The notes under the pieces are model-generated. The model had not been told where the DNA came from and made no database searches. It saw nothing but the letters and a program-made list of their open reading frames with translations. Source: Candidatus Woesearchaeota archaeon (lineage in GTDB: Archaea; Nanobdellota; Nanobdellia; Woesearchaeales; JAZDKJ01). From it: a DNA stretch of 64,000 nucleotides. The stretch lies in the NCBI GenBank assembly GCA_043803105.1, contig JAZDKJ010000008.1, positions 106,787 to 170,786 of the forward strand, written 5' to 3'. Position numbers and translations under genes: made by a program. Below, one piece after another: positions 9,567-19,609 of the stretch (positions are counted from its first letter, which is position 1; the number at the start of each line of letters is the position of its first letter).

Positions 9567-10781
9567 TTAAGACAGAGCAATTCCTTCAAGATATTTTTCG
9601 CTTTTCAGGTCTAATGAATAGAATGTCTTGTCATAGTTTGCGAAGTATGCCACATCTCCTTTCTGGAGTAGAAAGGCAGGATAGGATATCTTGCCAGTGT
9701 TGCTGATGGCCAATTTGCCACTCTCCACATCATACAAAGTATCTCCATCCTCCAAAGAAAACAACCTGCCGCCAAGAGTAAGTAATGCGGCCGGAATGAA
9801 CGGCACCAGTCCTTTCTCGAAATTTTCCAGAGGATATTCTATTTTTGAGAATGGCTTTCCTGGGTGGCGTAGGTCATAGCAGGTATGGTGGTCTCTTCCA
9901 AGCACCAATAATGGCAAATCTGTTCGATGGGTTTGGTGACTCCAAAATCTACAGCTGCTTATGCAGTCTGCTTGGGAGGAGAACCAGGATATGGTCATCA
10001 ATTCATTGTTTATGTCTTTTTTTGGTACATACTTAGCGATGTATGGGGCAACTTGTTGCTCAAGTTCGACTGTTTCTTTAAATGGTCGGACTATCTTTTT
10101 TCCATCCCTGGAAAGATAGCTTACCTGTCCATCTATCTCAAAGTGCCCAGGTATTATTTTACAAGGCAGTTTTACTTCTCCGATTTCTTTGGAAAAACTT
10201 AGCAAAGTGTTACGGTCAGCCGATAGTGCGATTAGCTGGCCTTTGATTTCTTCAACACTGACTATTTCATTGTTGCTTACTAATTCTTTGCCTGACATCA
10301 GATCGACTGTCTTATACTCTCTGCTAGATAAATGGAGGCTTTCTGCAAGAATTAGATGCTCTTCGGTGGCCAACCTGGCATTGCAGTCAGCCAAAGGACA
10401 GACCATAGTTTTGATTGTCCCGTTAGGGTTGATTTTTATATACTCTTGCCTCTTTTTGACTCTGAAATAGTGTCCTGAGTCTGAATCCACTGTCCAGACA
10501 GTGTCTGGCAACCTGTAAGTTCCCTGCGATAAGTTGAACAGATTCCTGCTGTCATTTTTTGATTGGAAATATGGCATTCCTTTGATTATTATCGGTTTTG
10601 TTCTTACAGGTTCACTAAATTTCGTGACTAGTCTTCCTTTTTCAAAAAGACTATAAACACTTTGGCGATCGACTCCTAGAAGATACGCAAAATCAGCGTC
10701 GTTCCAGAGCAGGAATGCCTCTTGCGGTAATTGGAATAACTCTTTGACACCTTTTCCGATAAGGTTCTCAAGGTTTAGCAT
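9567..10781 (-). CDS. Hypothetical protein (beta-rich)
   Basis: 404-aa ORF with no recognisable motif. Confidence 0.6.
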   Translation of the reverse strand: MLNLENLIGKGVKELFQLPQEAFLLWNDADFAYLLGVDRQSVYSLFEKGRLVTKFSEPVRTKPIIIKGMPYFQSKNDSRNLFNLSQGTYRLPDTVWTVDSDSGHYFRVKKRQEYIKINPNGTIKTMVCPLADCNARLATEEHLILAESLHLSSREYKTVDLMSGKELVSNNEIVSVEEIKGQLIALSADRNTLLSFSKEIGEVKLPCKIIPGHFEIDGQVSYLSRDGKKIVRPFKETVELEQQVAPYIAKYVPKKDINNELMTISWFSSQADCISSCRFWSHQTHRTDLPLLVLGRDHHTCYDLRHPGKPFSKIEYPLENFEKGLVPFIPAALLTLGGRLFSLEDGDTLYDVESGKLAISNTGKISYPAFLLQKGDVAYFANYDKTFYSLDLKSEKYLEGIALS

Positions 10782-10899
10782 AGTCGAGAAGAGTGACCCT
10801 TTGTTTATATTGATTATTGTGCTTTATTGCAGCTAACCGCAAGGTATCATGGCCAATGTGCTTGAGGCTGTCAGCTGATGAACAACCTGTAAAGAAAGA

Positions 10900-10913
10900 G
10901 TGGCGGTGCGGAG
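10900..10913 (-). repeat. Degenerate copy of the tRNA-Met 3' end (att-like)
   Basis: GTGGCGGTGCgGAG vs GTGGCGGTGCcGAG at 12727-12740 (13/14). Confidence 0.5.
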
Positions 10914-10938
10914 TTCTATAACAAGTGCGATTTCAGGC

Positions 10939-12426
10939 CTAGCAATTCATCGTCCTCTGAGCAAATTTTTCAAAATGCAGACCATATATCGCTAATTCTA
11001 TTGCGACAGGAACTGCCTTTATCTTTGTGAAGAAGGTCCTTGTCAACAGCCTCCAGTATAAGAACCTGGAATTGGAAAGAATGCCAATCTTCCAAAAGCT
11101 CTTGAAAAGCGCATGAAGATCTCTTTTGGTGAATCTTGAACGCACAGTTGGTTTGTAATGCTTAATAAAAGTATTGATTCTTTGATAATAATTCTTGGGC
11201 GTGTAAATTGTGGAAATGATTTCCTTGTAACCCTGGATAAGTTTTGCTTCTTTCATTTTGGGCACAAAGTTAATGGTACCATCTGTGTTTTCTCCTGTTG
11301 CTGCATGCAGCAATCTTCCCTCAGCCTTGAGCCTGTGCCAAAGCCTTGTCTGTGGAAGCACATTCAAAAGCCCGACCATGGCTGTCACTACACCAATCTC
11401 TTGAATGAACTTTATCTGGGTTTTGAAAATATTTGAAGGATCGTTATCAAATCCGACAATAAAACCTGCTGCCACCTGCAAGCCATTCTGGTGTATTATC
11501 TTCACGGATTCAGACAGATTTCTCAAGTTGTTCAGTTTGCCGCACTCCCTCAAGCTTTTTGCGCTTGGAGTCTCAATGCCAAGAAACACTGTACCAAAAT
11601 TTGCCCTTGACATGAGCTGCATAAGCTCGAGGTCATCTGCAAGGTTAATACTGGCCTCAGCGGAAAGGGTAAAAGGATATTTACGGCTCTTCTGCCAGTC
11701 TATCAATAGGGGAAGCAATCTCTTCACCTTCTCCTTGTTACCAATGAAATTGTCATCAACAATGAAAACACGACCTCTCCAGCCATAATCAAAAATCTGC
11801 TGGAACTCCCTTATGACCTGGTCTGGGTCTTTTGTCCGGGGGCTTCTGCCATTCATCACGACAATGTCACAGAATTCGCAATCAAAAGGGCAGCCCCTAG
11901 AATATTGTATCGGCATGCTTGCATAGTCTTTCAGGCTTATCAAAGACCACATAGGCACAGGAGTTTTTCTTATATCAGGCCGTACCTTTGAGGAGTATAC
12001 CTTTTTTGGAGTTCCTTTTTCAAGGTCATTCAAGAATCTTGGCAGGGTGACTTCTGCCTCGTTCAAAACAAAATGGTCCACATCCTTAAACCGCATATAG
12101 GTTGTTGTAAAGCATGGGCCGCCAGCAACGATAGTCTTTCCAAGGGCTTTGCATCTCTTGATTATTTCCTTGACACTTTCAGTCTGAACAATCATTGCGC
12201 TAATCAATACCATGTCTGGCCAACTAAGCTGTTGGTCTGTCAGTTCGGATACATTCATATCCAGAAGCTTTTTCTCCCATCTTTTAGGAAGCATAGACGC
12301 CACTGTCAATAAACCTAGTGGCGGAGAGGAAGCCTTTTTCTTGATAAAACCCAGAGCATGACCAAAACTCCAAAAGGTGTCAGGACACTTTGGATAGACC
12401 AGAAGAACTTTCACCGCTTTTTTCAT
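10939..12426 (-). CDS. B12-binding radical SAM protein (DUF4070 type)
   Basis: PPLGLLTVA cobalamin-binding N-terminus, SRGCPFDCEFC, DDNFIG, GFIVGFDND. Confidence 0.92.
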   Translation of the reverse strand: MKKAVKVLLVYPKCPDTFWSFGHALGFIKKKASSPPLGLLTVASMLPKRWEKKLLDMNVSELTDQQLSWPDMVLISAMIVQTESVKEIIKRCKALGKTIVAGGPCFTTTYMRFKDVDHFVLNEAEVTLPRFLNDLEKGTPKKVYSSKVRPDIRKTPVPMWSLISLKDYASMPIQYSRGCPFDCEFCDIVVMNGRSPRTKDPDQVIREFQQIFDYGWRGRVFIVDDNFIGNKEKVKRLLPLLIDWQKSRKYPFTLSAEASINLADDLELMQLMSRANFGTVFLGIETPSAKSLRECGKLNNLRNLSESVKIIHQNGLQVAAGFIVGFDNDPSNIFKTQIKFIQEIGVVTAMVGLLNVLPQTRLWHRLKAEGRLLHAATGENTDGTINFVPKMKEAKLIQGYKEIISTIYTPKNYYQRINTFIKHYKPTVRSRFTKRDLHALFKSFWKIGILSNSRFLYWRLLTRTFFTKIKAVPVAIELAIYGLHFEKFAQRTMNC

Positions 12427-12727
12427 CTATTGCAACTTTTGTTGGGGTTATATAAAGGTATTCTTTGACGAATGTTGGGCTCGTGATGTTATGTTCTTTT
12501 CCTGCGCAGGTTCCAAGCCCCTATCAATCCTGCGGCAATTGCAGCAAATCCTCCCAGTGCAAGAGTTACGGTCAGAAGAAGAAATTGTGATAGAACGTCC
12601 ACCTTCAGCGTGGCAAAAGTTTCCTAAACACGTTGACAGGATTTCTTAAAGCAACACGTAGGTTATGGCATGTTCTCTTGTGCATTCGGAGGGGGTGTTT
12701 ACCTGAGGTAAATATATAAAGAAAATG

Positions 12728-12876
12728 TGGCGGTGCCGAGACTTCCGCATCCTTTTGGGATATTCGGACTCGGGACCTTTACGTCACCCATGGTTTAGCT
12801 TGAGTATATCATCGGCATCTGCCTCATCGCTCAAGAATATGAGCGTAACGCTATAACCAGGCTAAGCTACACCGCC
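12728..12876 (-). tRNA. tRNA-Met(CAT), elongator type, with 53-nt anticodon intron (12785-12837) and 21-nt T-loop intron (12742-12762)
   Basis: GGCGGTG/CACCGCC stem, TTACG-CT CAT A|A-CGTAA; BHB helices CTCA/TGGG and TCCG/CGGA; Ile2 identity not fully excluded. Confidence 0.88.
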
Positions 12877-13010
12877 AGCTTTTTTTGTCCCAAAAAAACC
12901 TGGGAAAAGGGTTTTTGGCTGGTGCCAAAAACGCAGCCTCTACGGCTGCAAAAGTTGCCAGCTGACTTTTCAGCTGAGCAGCACCGCCAGCTTTTTTGCT
13001 GATGCAAAAC
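12870..13010 (+). repeat. Multi-hairpin element upstream of tRNA-Met bounded by a 16-bp direct repeat
   Basis: CACCGCCAGCTTTTTT at 12870-12885 and 12982-12997; interior homologous to the tRNA-Glu T-loop introns. Confidence 0.8.
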
Positions 13011-13033
13011 TTAGACCAGAGAACAACAGGACT

Positions 13034-13441
13034 TTATAAAAAACTAACTATTTTCTTCTGGTAATCCTGCATCTCACTGCCTTCATACTTCTGCTGTGGC
13101 CAGTGCTTCAAGCCATCAGTTGAGAAACGAGGTATCACATGGAAGTGGAAGTGCGGGACAACCTGGCCTGCTGCCCTGAAATTGCTCTGTGAGACGCTGA
13201 TGCCATCAGCCTGAGTAGATTTCTTCACTGCAATGGAGATTTTCTTCAGCACTGAAGCCAATTCTTTTAGCAAAGGCTCTGGGATATCAAGAATCGTCTC
13301 GAAATGCTGCTTTGGAATAATCAAGGTATGGCCTTTATTCACAGGGAAAAGGTCGAGGAATGCGACAACATGCTCGTTCTCGAAAACCCTACTGCTTGGG
13401 GCTTCACCCTTCGCAATCTTGCAGAAAATACAATCATTCAC
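13034..13441 (-). CDS. HIT family nucleotide hydrolase
   Basis: CIFC, GHTLIIPK, GQVVPHFHFHVIPR. Confidence 0.95.
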   Translation of the reverse strand: MNDCIFCKIAKGEAPSSRVFENEHVVAFLDLFPVNKGHTLIIPKQHFETILDIPEPLLKELASVLKKISIAVKKSTQADGISVSQSNFRAAGQVVPHFHFHVIPRFSTDGLKHWPQQKYEGSEMQDYQKKIVSFL

Positions 13442-13626
13442 TTTTTGCGCACCTTTGGATAAGGGTCAATAGTTCCCCACCACATCATGCAGTCAGTGCA
13501 GTAATAGCCCCAGACACCGAGCTTCTTGACTGCCAATAGTTTCTTGCACTTAGGGCAGGGCCTGGAAATAAACTCGATTATCTCCTGCGATTCTTTGGAT
13601 TCGCTTGGCTTTTGCATAAGCATCAC
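13438..13626 (-). CDS. Small Zn-ribbon protein
   Basis: CPKC...CTDC; 4-nt overlaps with both neighbours. Confidence 0.65.
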   Translation of the reverse strand: MMLMQKPSESKESQEIIEFISRPCPKCKKLLAVKKLGVWGYYCTDCMMWWGTIDPYPKVRKK

Positions 13627-14144
13627 AACTTAGACTTGACAGCCTTATCAGAAATTATTGCGCTGTTGCCTGAAGGGTCTTCTATTATCATCTTCAAAGA
13701 GTCCTGGCCCCACATTACGCGCTGAAGCTTTTTCAGGAGATTCTTTGCCTTCTTTCTGTCTTCATCTTCCTCTGCGGTGTCGCGCAGCACCTCGATCTCG
13801 TGCTTGATGCGGTTCAGTATGCCTTCAACGTTGGTTACATAACCGTTAGAGGCAGGACCTGGGGTAATTGTGGTTATGTGGGGAATCTTCACAGTGGCCT
13901 GGCTGGATTTCACGACGCGGATCGTAAGGTCCTGCTCACCTGAGATATCAATCGTGTACTTGCTTGGCTCGTGGGTCTCGACAGACTCGATATCAGCCTT
14001 GTGATACTTGCACTCGCTGCAGGTCATGGAGAAAATAAGGACTTTGCCGAAATAAGGCACTTCTTTTTCAGCTTCGGTAAGGCTTAATGCCAACGCTTTG
14101 CATATTGGGCATGGTTGACCGGTCAATTCGCTCATTTCAGGCAT
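13623..14144 (-). CDS. ZPR1 zinc-finger protein
   Basis: CPIC...VPYFG...CSEC, TNVEGIL, IEDPSGNS. Confidence 0.93.
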   Translation of the reverse strand: MPEMSELTGQPCPICKALALSLTEAEKEVPYFGKVLIFSMTCSECKYHKADIESVETHEPSKYTIDISGEQDLTIRVVKSSQATVKIPHITTITPGPASNGYVTNVEGILNRIKHEIEVLRDTAEEDEDRKKAKNLLKKLQRVMWGQDSLKMIIEDPSGNSAIISDKAVKSKL

Positions 14145-14193
14145 GAAAAAAAAGAGAGAAGAAGGGTATATATTTTTTTTGGTATTGGAAAGG

Positions 14194-14604
14194 CTATTCG
14201 TCCTCCTTTCCATGTTCAGCCTTGTAGTCTTCCTTTATGTCTTCCATCTGCTTTGTCCTGTAGATGGTGGCAAACGAAGGAGTGACAACAATCCAATCCT
14301 CGCCAAAACCAGCGATCTCACCCTCGATGGCATCACAAGTCTTCTTCAACTTGTTAATTGCCCTTTTCAACTCAATCAAGTCCTTGTCTTTCAATGGGCG
14401 AATGTTAATCAAAGCGATAGTCTGGCCTGCCCTTAATGCATCAAGGATCTCCTTTACATCCTCAAAATCCTTCATCATGAAGGGGCGCACAACTATCTTT
14501 GTTTTTGTCTCTTCTGATTCGGTCTCGATCTCAACATAACCTTCTTCAGAATCTGGCTTGTCTTTCTTGACCTTTGAGCTTAATCGCGAGAAAAATTTCC
14601 TCAT
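14194..14604 (-). CDS. sepF: Cell division protein SepF (archaeal)
   Basis: DVKEILDALRAG..ALINI..LKRAINKLK...GEIAG...IVVTP. Confidence 0.85.
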   Translation of the reverse strand: MRKFFSRLSSKVKKDKPDSEEGYVEIETESEETKTKIVVRPFMMKDFEDVKEILDALRAGQTIALINIRPLKDKDLIELKRAINKLKKTCDAIEGEIAGFGEDWIVVTPSFATIYRTKQMEDIKEDYKAEHGKEDE

Positions 14605-14722
14605 CTTGGTTCCTCCATCGAGTAATCTATAAGAACTAACATCTTATGACAGATATATAAAACTTGCGTTTTTGACGTGGGCCACCTAAAACTTTTTATA
14701 ATACTGCACCATCTCTACTATC

Positions 14723-16630
14723 ATGTCGAAAATAACCATTACAATAGATAATCACAAGCACAGCCTTGAATCAGGCATAACAGCAAAAGAGATAACGAAG
14801 GAACTCAAGCTTGACAAGAGGATTCTTGCGGCAAAATTCAACGATGAGTTGATTGACCTTGCAGCAAAATTGGCGAAAGATGGCATTTTGTCTTTTGTCA
14901 CATTCGATTCTCCTGAGGGAAAAGAGATATTCAGGCATTCAAGCGCACATATCTTGGCACAAGCAGTAACTTCGCTATATCCTGAGGCATTGCCGACAAT
15001 CGGGCCTGCAGTTGAAGAGGGATTCTATTATGACTTTGACCTTGACAAGACGTTTGCTCCTGAGGACCTTGCAAAGATAGAAAAGAAAATGAAGGACATA
15101 ATCAAGCAGAACCTCAAGATAGAGAGGGAGCAAATTCCAAAGAATGAAGCTCTCAAGCTGTTCAAGAATAACAAGTACAAACAAGAGATGATTGAGGAGC
15201 TAGACGAGCCGACGATCACAGTGTATCAGCAGGGAGAATATGCAGAGTTCTGCAGGGGGCCGCACGTCCCTTCAACGGGCTATATTGGGGCGGTTAAGCT
15301 GACGAAGATAGCCGGAGCATACTGGAAAGGGGACAACAAGAACAAGATGCTCCAAAGGCTTTATGGAATAAGCTTCCCAAGCCAACAGGAGCTTGATGAT
15401 CATGTAAAACGCATAGAGGAAGCAGAGAAAAGAGACCACAGAAAGCTGGGAAAACAGCTGGACCTATTTTCAATGCATGATGAAGGGCCTGGATTCCCGT
15501 TCTTCCACCCAAGTGGGATGGTCATAATCAACCAGCTAAAGCAATTCTGGAGAGAAGAACATGCAAAGGCTGGCTATGACGAGATACAGACCCCTATTAT
15601 ACTCTCAAGAACACTCTGGGAGCAAAGCGGGCATTGGGACCATTACAAGAACAGCATGTACTTTACCAAGATAGATGGATTGGATTTTGCAGTAAAGCCA
15701 ATGAACTGCCCAGGCGGAATACTGGTTTACAAGGAACATCTGCATTCTTACAAAGAATTGCCGATGAGGCTTGCAGAGATGGGAATAGTGCATAGGCACG
15801 AGCTATCAGGTGTGCTTGCAGGTTTGTTCAGGGTAAGGACCTTTACTCAAGATGATGCTCACATCTTCATGACAGAAGAACAGATAAGAGAGGAAATAAT
15901 CGGGGTAATAAACCTAGTTGACAAATTCTACAAGACCTTCAATTTTGACTATCAGGTGGAATTAAGCACTAGGCCAAAAGACAAGATGGGCACTGATGCG
16001 ATGTGGGAGGTTGCAGAAAAAGGGCTTGAAGAAGCGCTGAAAACGAGAAAGATGAATTACAAGATAAACCCTGGGGACGGGGCTTTTTACGGGCCAAAAA
16101 TCGACTTTCACATAAAGGACTGCATAGGAAGAACCTGGCAGTGCGCAACAATACAACTTGACTTCCAGATGCCTGAGAAATTTGACCTAACCTATGAAGG
16201 CCAGGATGGAAAGAAGCATCGGCCAGTGATGATACATAGGGTCATTTACGGAGCAATAGAAAGGTTCCTGGGAATACTCATAGAAAACTATGCAGGAAAA
16301 TTCCCATTATGGCTGAGCCCTGTGCAGATAAGGATAATGACTGTCTCAGAAAAATTCAATGATCATGCAGAAGAGCTAAGAAAAAAGCTGCTGGAACAAG
16401 GATACAGGGTTGAGCTCGATGTGCGCTCGGAGAGCATACCTAAGAAAGTGAGGGATGCGCAGGCAATGAAGATACCATTGATGCTTACAATCGGAGAAAA
16501 GGAAGTAAGCAACAATACTGTTGCGATAAGGACAGCTGACGGAAAAGTCTATTTTGGGATGCAGGTTGAAGAGTTTATCAGGAAAGCTGCTGATAATATT
16601 GCGAAAAGAGAGAATGCGATAACCTTCTAG
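14723..16630 (+). CDS. thrS: Threonine-tRNA ligase, bacterial type
   Basis: TGS domain, RHSSAH and CRGPH editing motifs, KPMNCP, FTQDDAH, AFYGPKID. Confidence 0.97.
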   Translation: MSKITITIDNHKHSLESGITAKEITKELKLDKRILAAKFNDELIDLAAKLAKDGILSFVTFDSPEGKEIFRHSSAHILAQAVTSLYPEALPTIGPAVEEGFYYDFDLDKTFAPEDLAKIEKKMKDIIKQNLKIEREQIPKNEALKLFKNNKYKQEMIEELDEPTITVYQQGEYAEFCRGPHVPSTGYIGAVKLTKIAGAYWKGDNKNKMLQRLYGISFPSQQELDDHVKRIEEAEKRDHRKLGKQLDLFSMHDEGPGFPFFHPSGMVIINQLKQFWREEHAKAGYDEIQTPIILSRTLWEQSGHWDHYKNSMYFTKIDGLDFAVKPMNCPGGILVYKEHLHSYKELPMRLAEMGIVHRHELSGVLAGLFRVRTFTQDDAHIFMTEEQIREEIIGVINLVDKFYKTFNFDYQVELSTRPKDKMGTDAMWEVAEKGLEEALKTRKMNYKINPGDGAFYGPKIDFHIKDCIGRTWQCATIQLDFQMPEKFDLTYEGQDGKKHRPVMIHRVIYGAIERFLGILIENYAGKFPLWLSPVQIRIMTVSEKFNDHAEELRKKLLEQGYRVELDVRSESIPKKVRDAQAMKIPLMLTIGEKEVSNNTVAIRTADGKVYFGMQVEEFIRKAADNIAKRENAITF

Positions 16631-17226
16631 ATGTTTTTATATTCCGGGTGATGCAGCAATCTGTCCATACCTTGCTCTTTCAAGAAAGCCAACGCTTGAC
16701 GGTAATACATTTTAGGTCTTAATTGAGTGGGAGTGTCGGCTACAGATAGATATCTGATTTTATGCTCAAAAATATACTTAAGCAAGCTCTCAGCCTCTTT
16801 TTTATCGATCAGACCTGATTGTATGAAAAGGCTAAATTCGGTGGTGGAAACCACAGTATGTTTTACGCGATTTTCAATCATGCTACGTATCACTTTACCC
16901 GTGTGAGCAAGGTCCTCCGGATAATCCCTCTTGAGCAGATCCTCAAGCTTGAGATATGACTTTGCCATTGTAGTCACTGTAGAGTTTGGTCCCAGGGGAA
17001 GAACTGCTTTGCTAAGATCCTTAAGTAAATCAACAGACTGAAGATAATTGTCTAAGCCGCTTCGCAGCACTTTATCTGTTATGGGCTTCATCAACCTGTA
17101 TTCAGGCTTTTCAAAGCAAGCAGCTAACCTGGACTCAAGTTCAGCTGGAGAGCTGGTTCTCGCTTGTTCAAGAAATGGCGTATAGAAAAGATTGGACTTG
17201 AGTTCGTACCAACGGACATCTGGCAT
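16627..17226 (-). CDS. Hypothetical protein
   Basis: 199-aa ORF with ATG start. Confidence 0.6.
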   Translation of the reverse strand: MPDVRWYELKSNLFYTPFLEQARTSSPAELESRLAACFEKPEYRLMKPITDKVLRSGLDNYLQSVDLLKDLSKAVLPLGPNSTVTTMAKSYLKLEDLLKRDYPEDLAHTGKVIRSMIENRVKHTVVSTTEFSLFIQSGLIDKKEAESLLKYIFEHKIRYLSVADTPTQLRPKMYYRQALAFLKEQGMDRLLHHPEYKNI

Positions 17227-17310
17227 AGCGAAGGAAAATCACATAAACCTTTTAAAACTTAAGGTCGGCGCTCGAAAAAATTATATACAGGACCACTTTA
17301 CCTACAGGAT

Positions 17311-17538
17311 GTGAGGGATTACATAATCGGTCTTCTGGAGCTGGCAAAAGAGGACAAGTGCAAAAGCTGCATAAGGATCCAGCAGGAGCTTAGGAGGGCA
17401 TCAAAAGAGACTGAAGACAGCCTTCTGAAGGGCAAGATCAACTCAGCGTTGATTGACCATGACCTTCACTATTCGCTTGGATGCAAACCGTGCGAACCAC
17501 AAGCAAGGATAAAGGAATTCTCAAAAAGACCATTGTAA
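17311..17538 (+). CDS. Small hypothetical protein
   Basis: 75 aa, two CxxC, fills intergenic gap. Confidence 0.5.
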   Translation: MRDYIIGLLELAKEDKCKSCIRIQQELRRASKETEDSLLKGKINSALIDHDLHYSLGCKPCEPQARIKEFSKRPL

Positions 17539-17585
17539 AGGTTCACAATAAGGTTTAAATAGGGATTAACCTAATCGCAAAAACA

Positions 17586-18494
17586 ATGTATGACCTAATA
17601 ATAATCGGAGGAGGGCCTGCGGGGTTGAGTGCAGCAATCTATGCAGGAAGATATAAGCTCAAGGCACTTCTTTTAACCAAGATAATCGGCGGAATGATGA
17701 GCGAAGCGCACCTCATAGAAAACTATCCTGGGGTAGAAAGCGTAACAGGAATGGACTTAGCTGAGAAAATGAAAAAACAGGTAGAACACCTTGGGGTGAA
17801 GATAGAGGAGGAAGAGGTTGTCAGGCTTGAAAAGACACCAAATGGATTCCTGGCAAACAAAAAGCATGAGGCAAAGTACATCCTCCTGGCATTGGGAACT
17901 GAAAGAAAGAAGCTAAACCTTGCAAAGGAAAAGGAGTTTGCAGGAAAGGGAGTATCTTACTGTGCAACATGCGATGCACCATTATTCAAGGACAAGGAGG
18001 TTGCTGTTGTAGGGGGAAAAGATTCTGCTGTAATGGCTGCTGAACTACTGGCAAGCTATGCGAGAAAAGTCTATGTGATATACAGGGGAGAACAACTTCA
18101 GGCCCAACCAGTTGCGAGGGAGAGACTGCTTGCAAACCCAAAGGTTGAGGCAATATACAAGGCAAACGTTTCTGACCTTCAAGGAAAATCCATGCTGGAA
18201 TCAATCAAGCTTGACAACGGAAGAGAAATCAAGGTGGACGGACTGTTTGTTGAGATCGGAAGCACGCCTTCTGTCATACTTGCAAAGGAACTAGGAATAA
18301 AGCTTGACCATGATGATTGCATCACAGTTGACCAGCACCTGTGCACGAGTATGCCTCATGTGTACGCAGCAGGCGATATAACAAGCCACAACGCCAAATG
18401 GAGGCAGGTTGTCATCGCGTGCGCTGAAGGGGCGCTTGCAGCAAGAAGCATATATGAAGATTTCAAGCGCAAGGCAACAAGCGAGCACGTATGA
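17586..18494 (+). CDS. trxB: Thioredoxin reductase
   Basis: GGGPAG, GVSYCATCD, YAAGD. Confidence 0.93.
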   Translation: MYDLIIIGGGPAGLSAAIYAGRYKLKALLLTKIIGGMMSEAHLIENYPGVESVTGMDLAEKMKKQVEHLGVKIEEEEVVRLEKTPNGFLANKKHEAKYILLALGTERKKLNLAKEKEFAGKGVSYCATCDAPLFKDKEVAVVGGKDSAVMAAELLASYARKVYVIYRGEQLQAQPVARERLLANPKVEAIYKANVSDLQGKSMLESIKLDNGREIKVDGLFVEIGSTPSVILAKELGIKLDHDDCITVDQHLCTSMPHVYAAGDITSHNAKWRQVVIACAEGALAARSIYEDFKRKATSEHV

Positions 18495-18841
18495 AAGCGC
18501 AGACAATTCCCAAGGGATGCCCGATATGCAGTAGCGACGTAAAGGGAGATGAAACCCACAAGTACTACTGCAAAAAGTGCAATCTTCTGTTTGAAGCAAG
18601 GGACGTGCACAAAGAAGAGAAAAAACCCGAGGTTCAATCTGAGGTCTCAAAGCAACAGGAAAAGCCCAAGCAAGTTGTGCAAGCCAAAGAAGCAGGCCTT
18701 ACGGCATCTTCACAATCAAACAAGTATCATAAGAAAGGGTGCAGGTACATAAGGCAGATAGAAAACAAGAACCTTATATACTACAAGGACAAAAAGGAGG
18801 CAGAACGGCAGGGACGAAGGCCGTGCAAATGCAACAAATGA
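18491..18841 (+). CDS. Zn-ribbon plus Ada-type metal-binding protein
   Basis: CPIC/CKKC; SNKYHKKGC...AERQGRRPCKC. Confidence 0.75.
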   Translation: MKAQTIPKGCPICSSDVKGDETHKYYCKKCNLLFEARDVHKEEKKPEVQSEVSKQQEKPKQVVQAKEAGLTASSQSNKYHKKGCRYIRQIENKNLIYYKDKKEAERQGRRPCKCNK

Positions 18842-19353
18842 TGCAACACAAAAACCAGAGGGTAGGAGTGTTTGTGGACATACAGAATATGTACTACTCA
18901 GCAAAGCACCTCTACAGCACAAAGCTCAACTACAAGGAATTATTGAGATTGGCATTGCAGCAAAGAAGCCTGATAAGGGCAATAGCCTACGTGATAAGGG
19001 CTGAGGTCAAGGAAGAAGAAACATTTTTTGATGCTCTCAAGAACCAGGGTTATGAGGTAAAGAGCAAAGACCTGCAGGTTTTCTATGGCGGGGCAAAAAA
19101 AGGGGATTGGGACATAGGAATAGCAATGGACATGATAGAGCTTGCCCCAAAGCTTGACACATTAGTCCTTGTGAGTGGTGATGGAGACTTTGTGCCTCTT
19201 CTAAGGCATCTTAGACATGCATTGGGATGCAGGGTTGAGGTAGTGGCGTTTGGCAGGAGCTCAGCAGCAAAGCTTATAGAGGAAGCGGATGATTTCTACG
19301 ACTTAGACAAGCACCAGTTTGTGCTAATAAAACCCAGGAAAGAACATGGATGA
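18838..19353 (+). CDS. NYN-domain (LabA/DUF88) protein
   Basis: FVDIQNMY, KGDWD, LVSGDGDF; start ATG 18838. Confidence 0.92.
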   Translation: MMQHKNQRVGVFVDIQNMYYSAKHLYSTKLNYKELLRLALQQRSLIRAIAYVIRAEVKEEETFFDALKNQGYEVKSKDLQVFYGGAKKGDWDIGIAMDMIELAPKLDTLVLVSGDGDFVPLLRHLRHALGCRVEVVAFGRSSAAKLIEEADDFYDLDKHQFVLIKPRKEHG

Positions 19354-19609
19354 GATAAACTTTTGCCCGTTCTGCAGCGCTTCCCAACACAAGATATTCA
19401 CAGTAAAGGAAGACCAGTATTTCTGCAAGGAATGCAACAGGTTCTTCAAGGCAGACCATCTCTTTTACAACTGTCCTAAATGCAATTCAAAAAAGATAGT
19501 TGACTCAGACTTCCCAAGCCCTGACGGCCAGGTGGTTTTCCAGTGCCAGTCGTGCAAGAAAATGTTGTCAGCAAAAGACTTTTTTTCCAAGAGCCAGACC
19601 AGCTCTTAA
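19346..19609 (+). CDS. Small multi-Zn-ribbon protein
   Basis: CPFC, CKEC, CPKC, CQSC. Confidence 0.7.
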   Translation: MDEINFCPFCSASQHKIFTVKEDQYFCKECNRFFKADHLFYNCPKCNSKKIVDSDFPSPDGQVVFQCQSCKKMLSAKDFFSKSQTSS

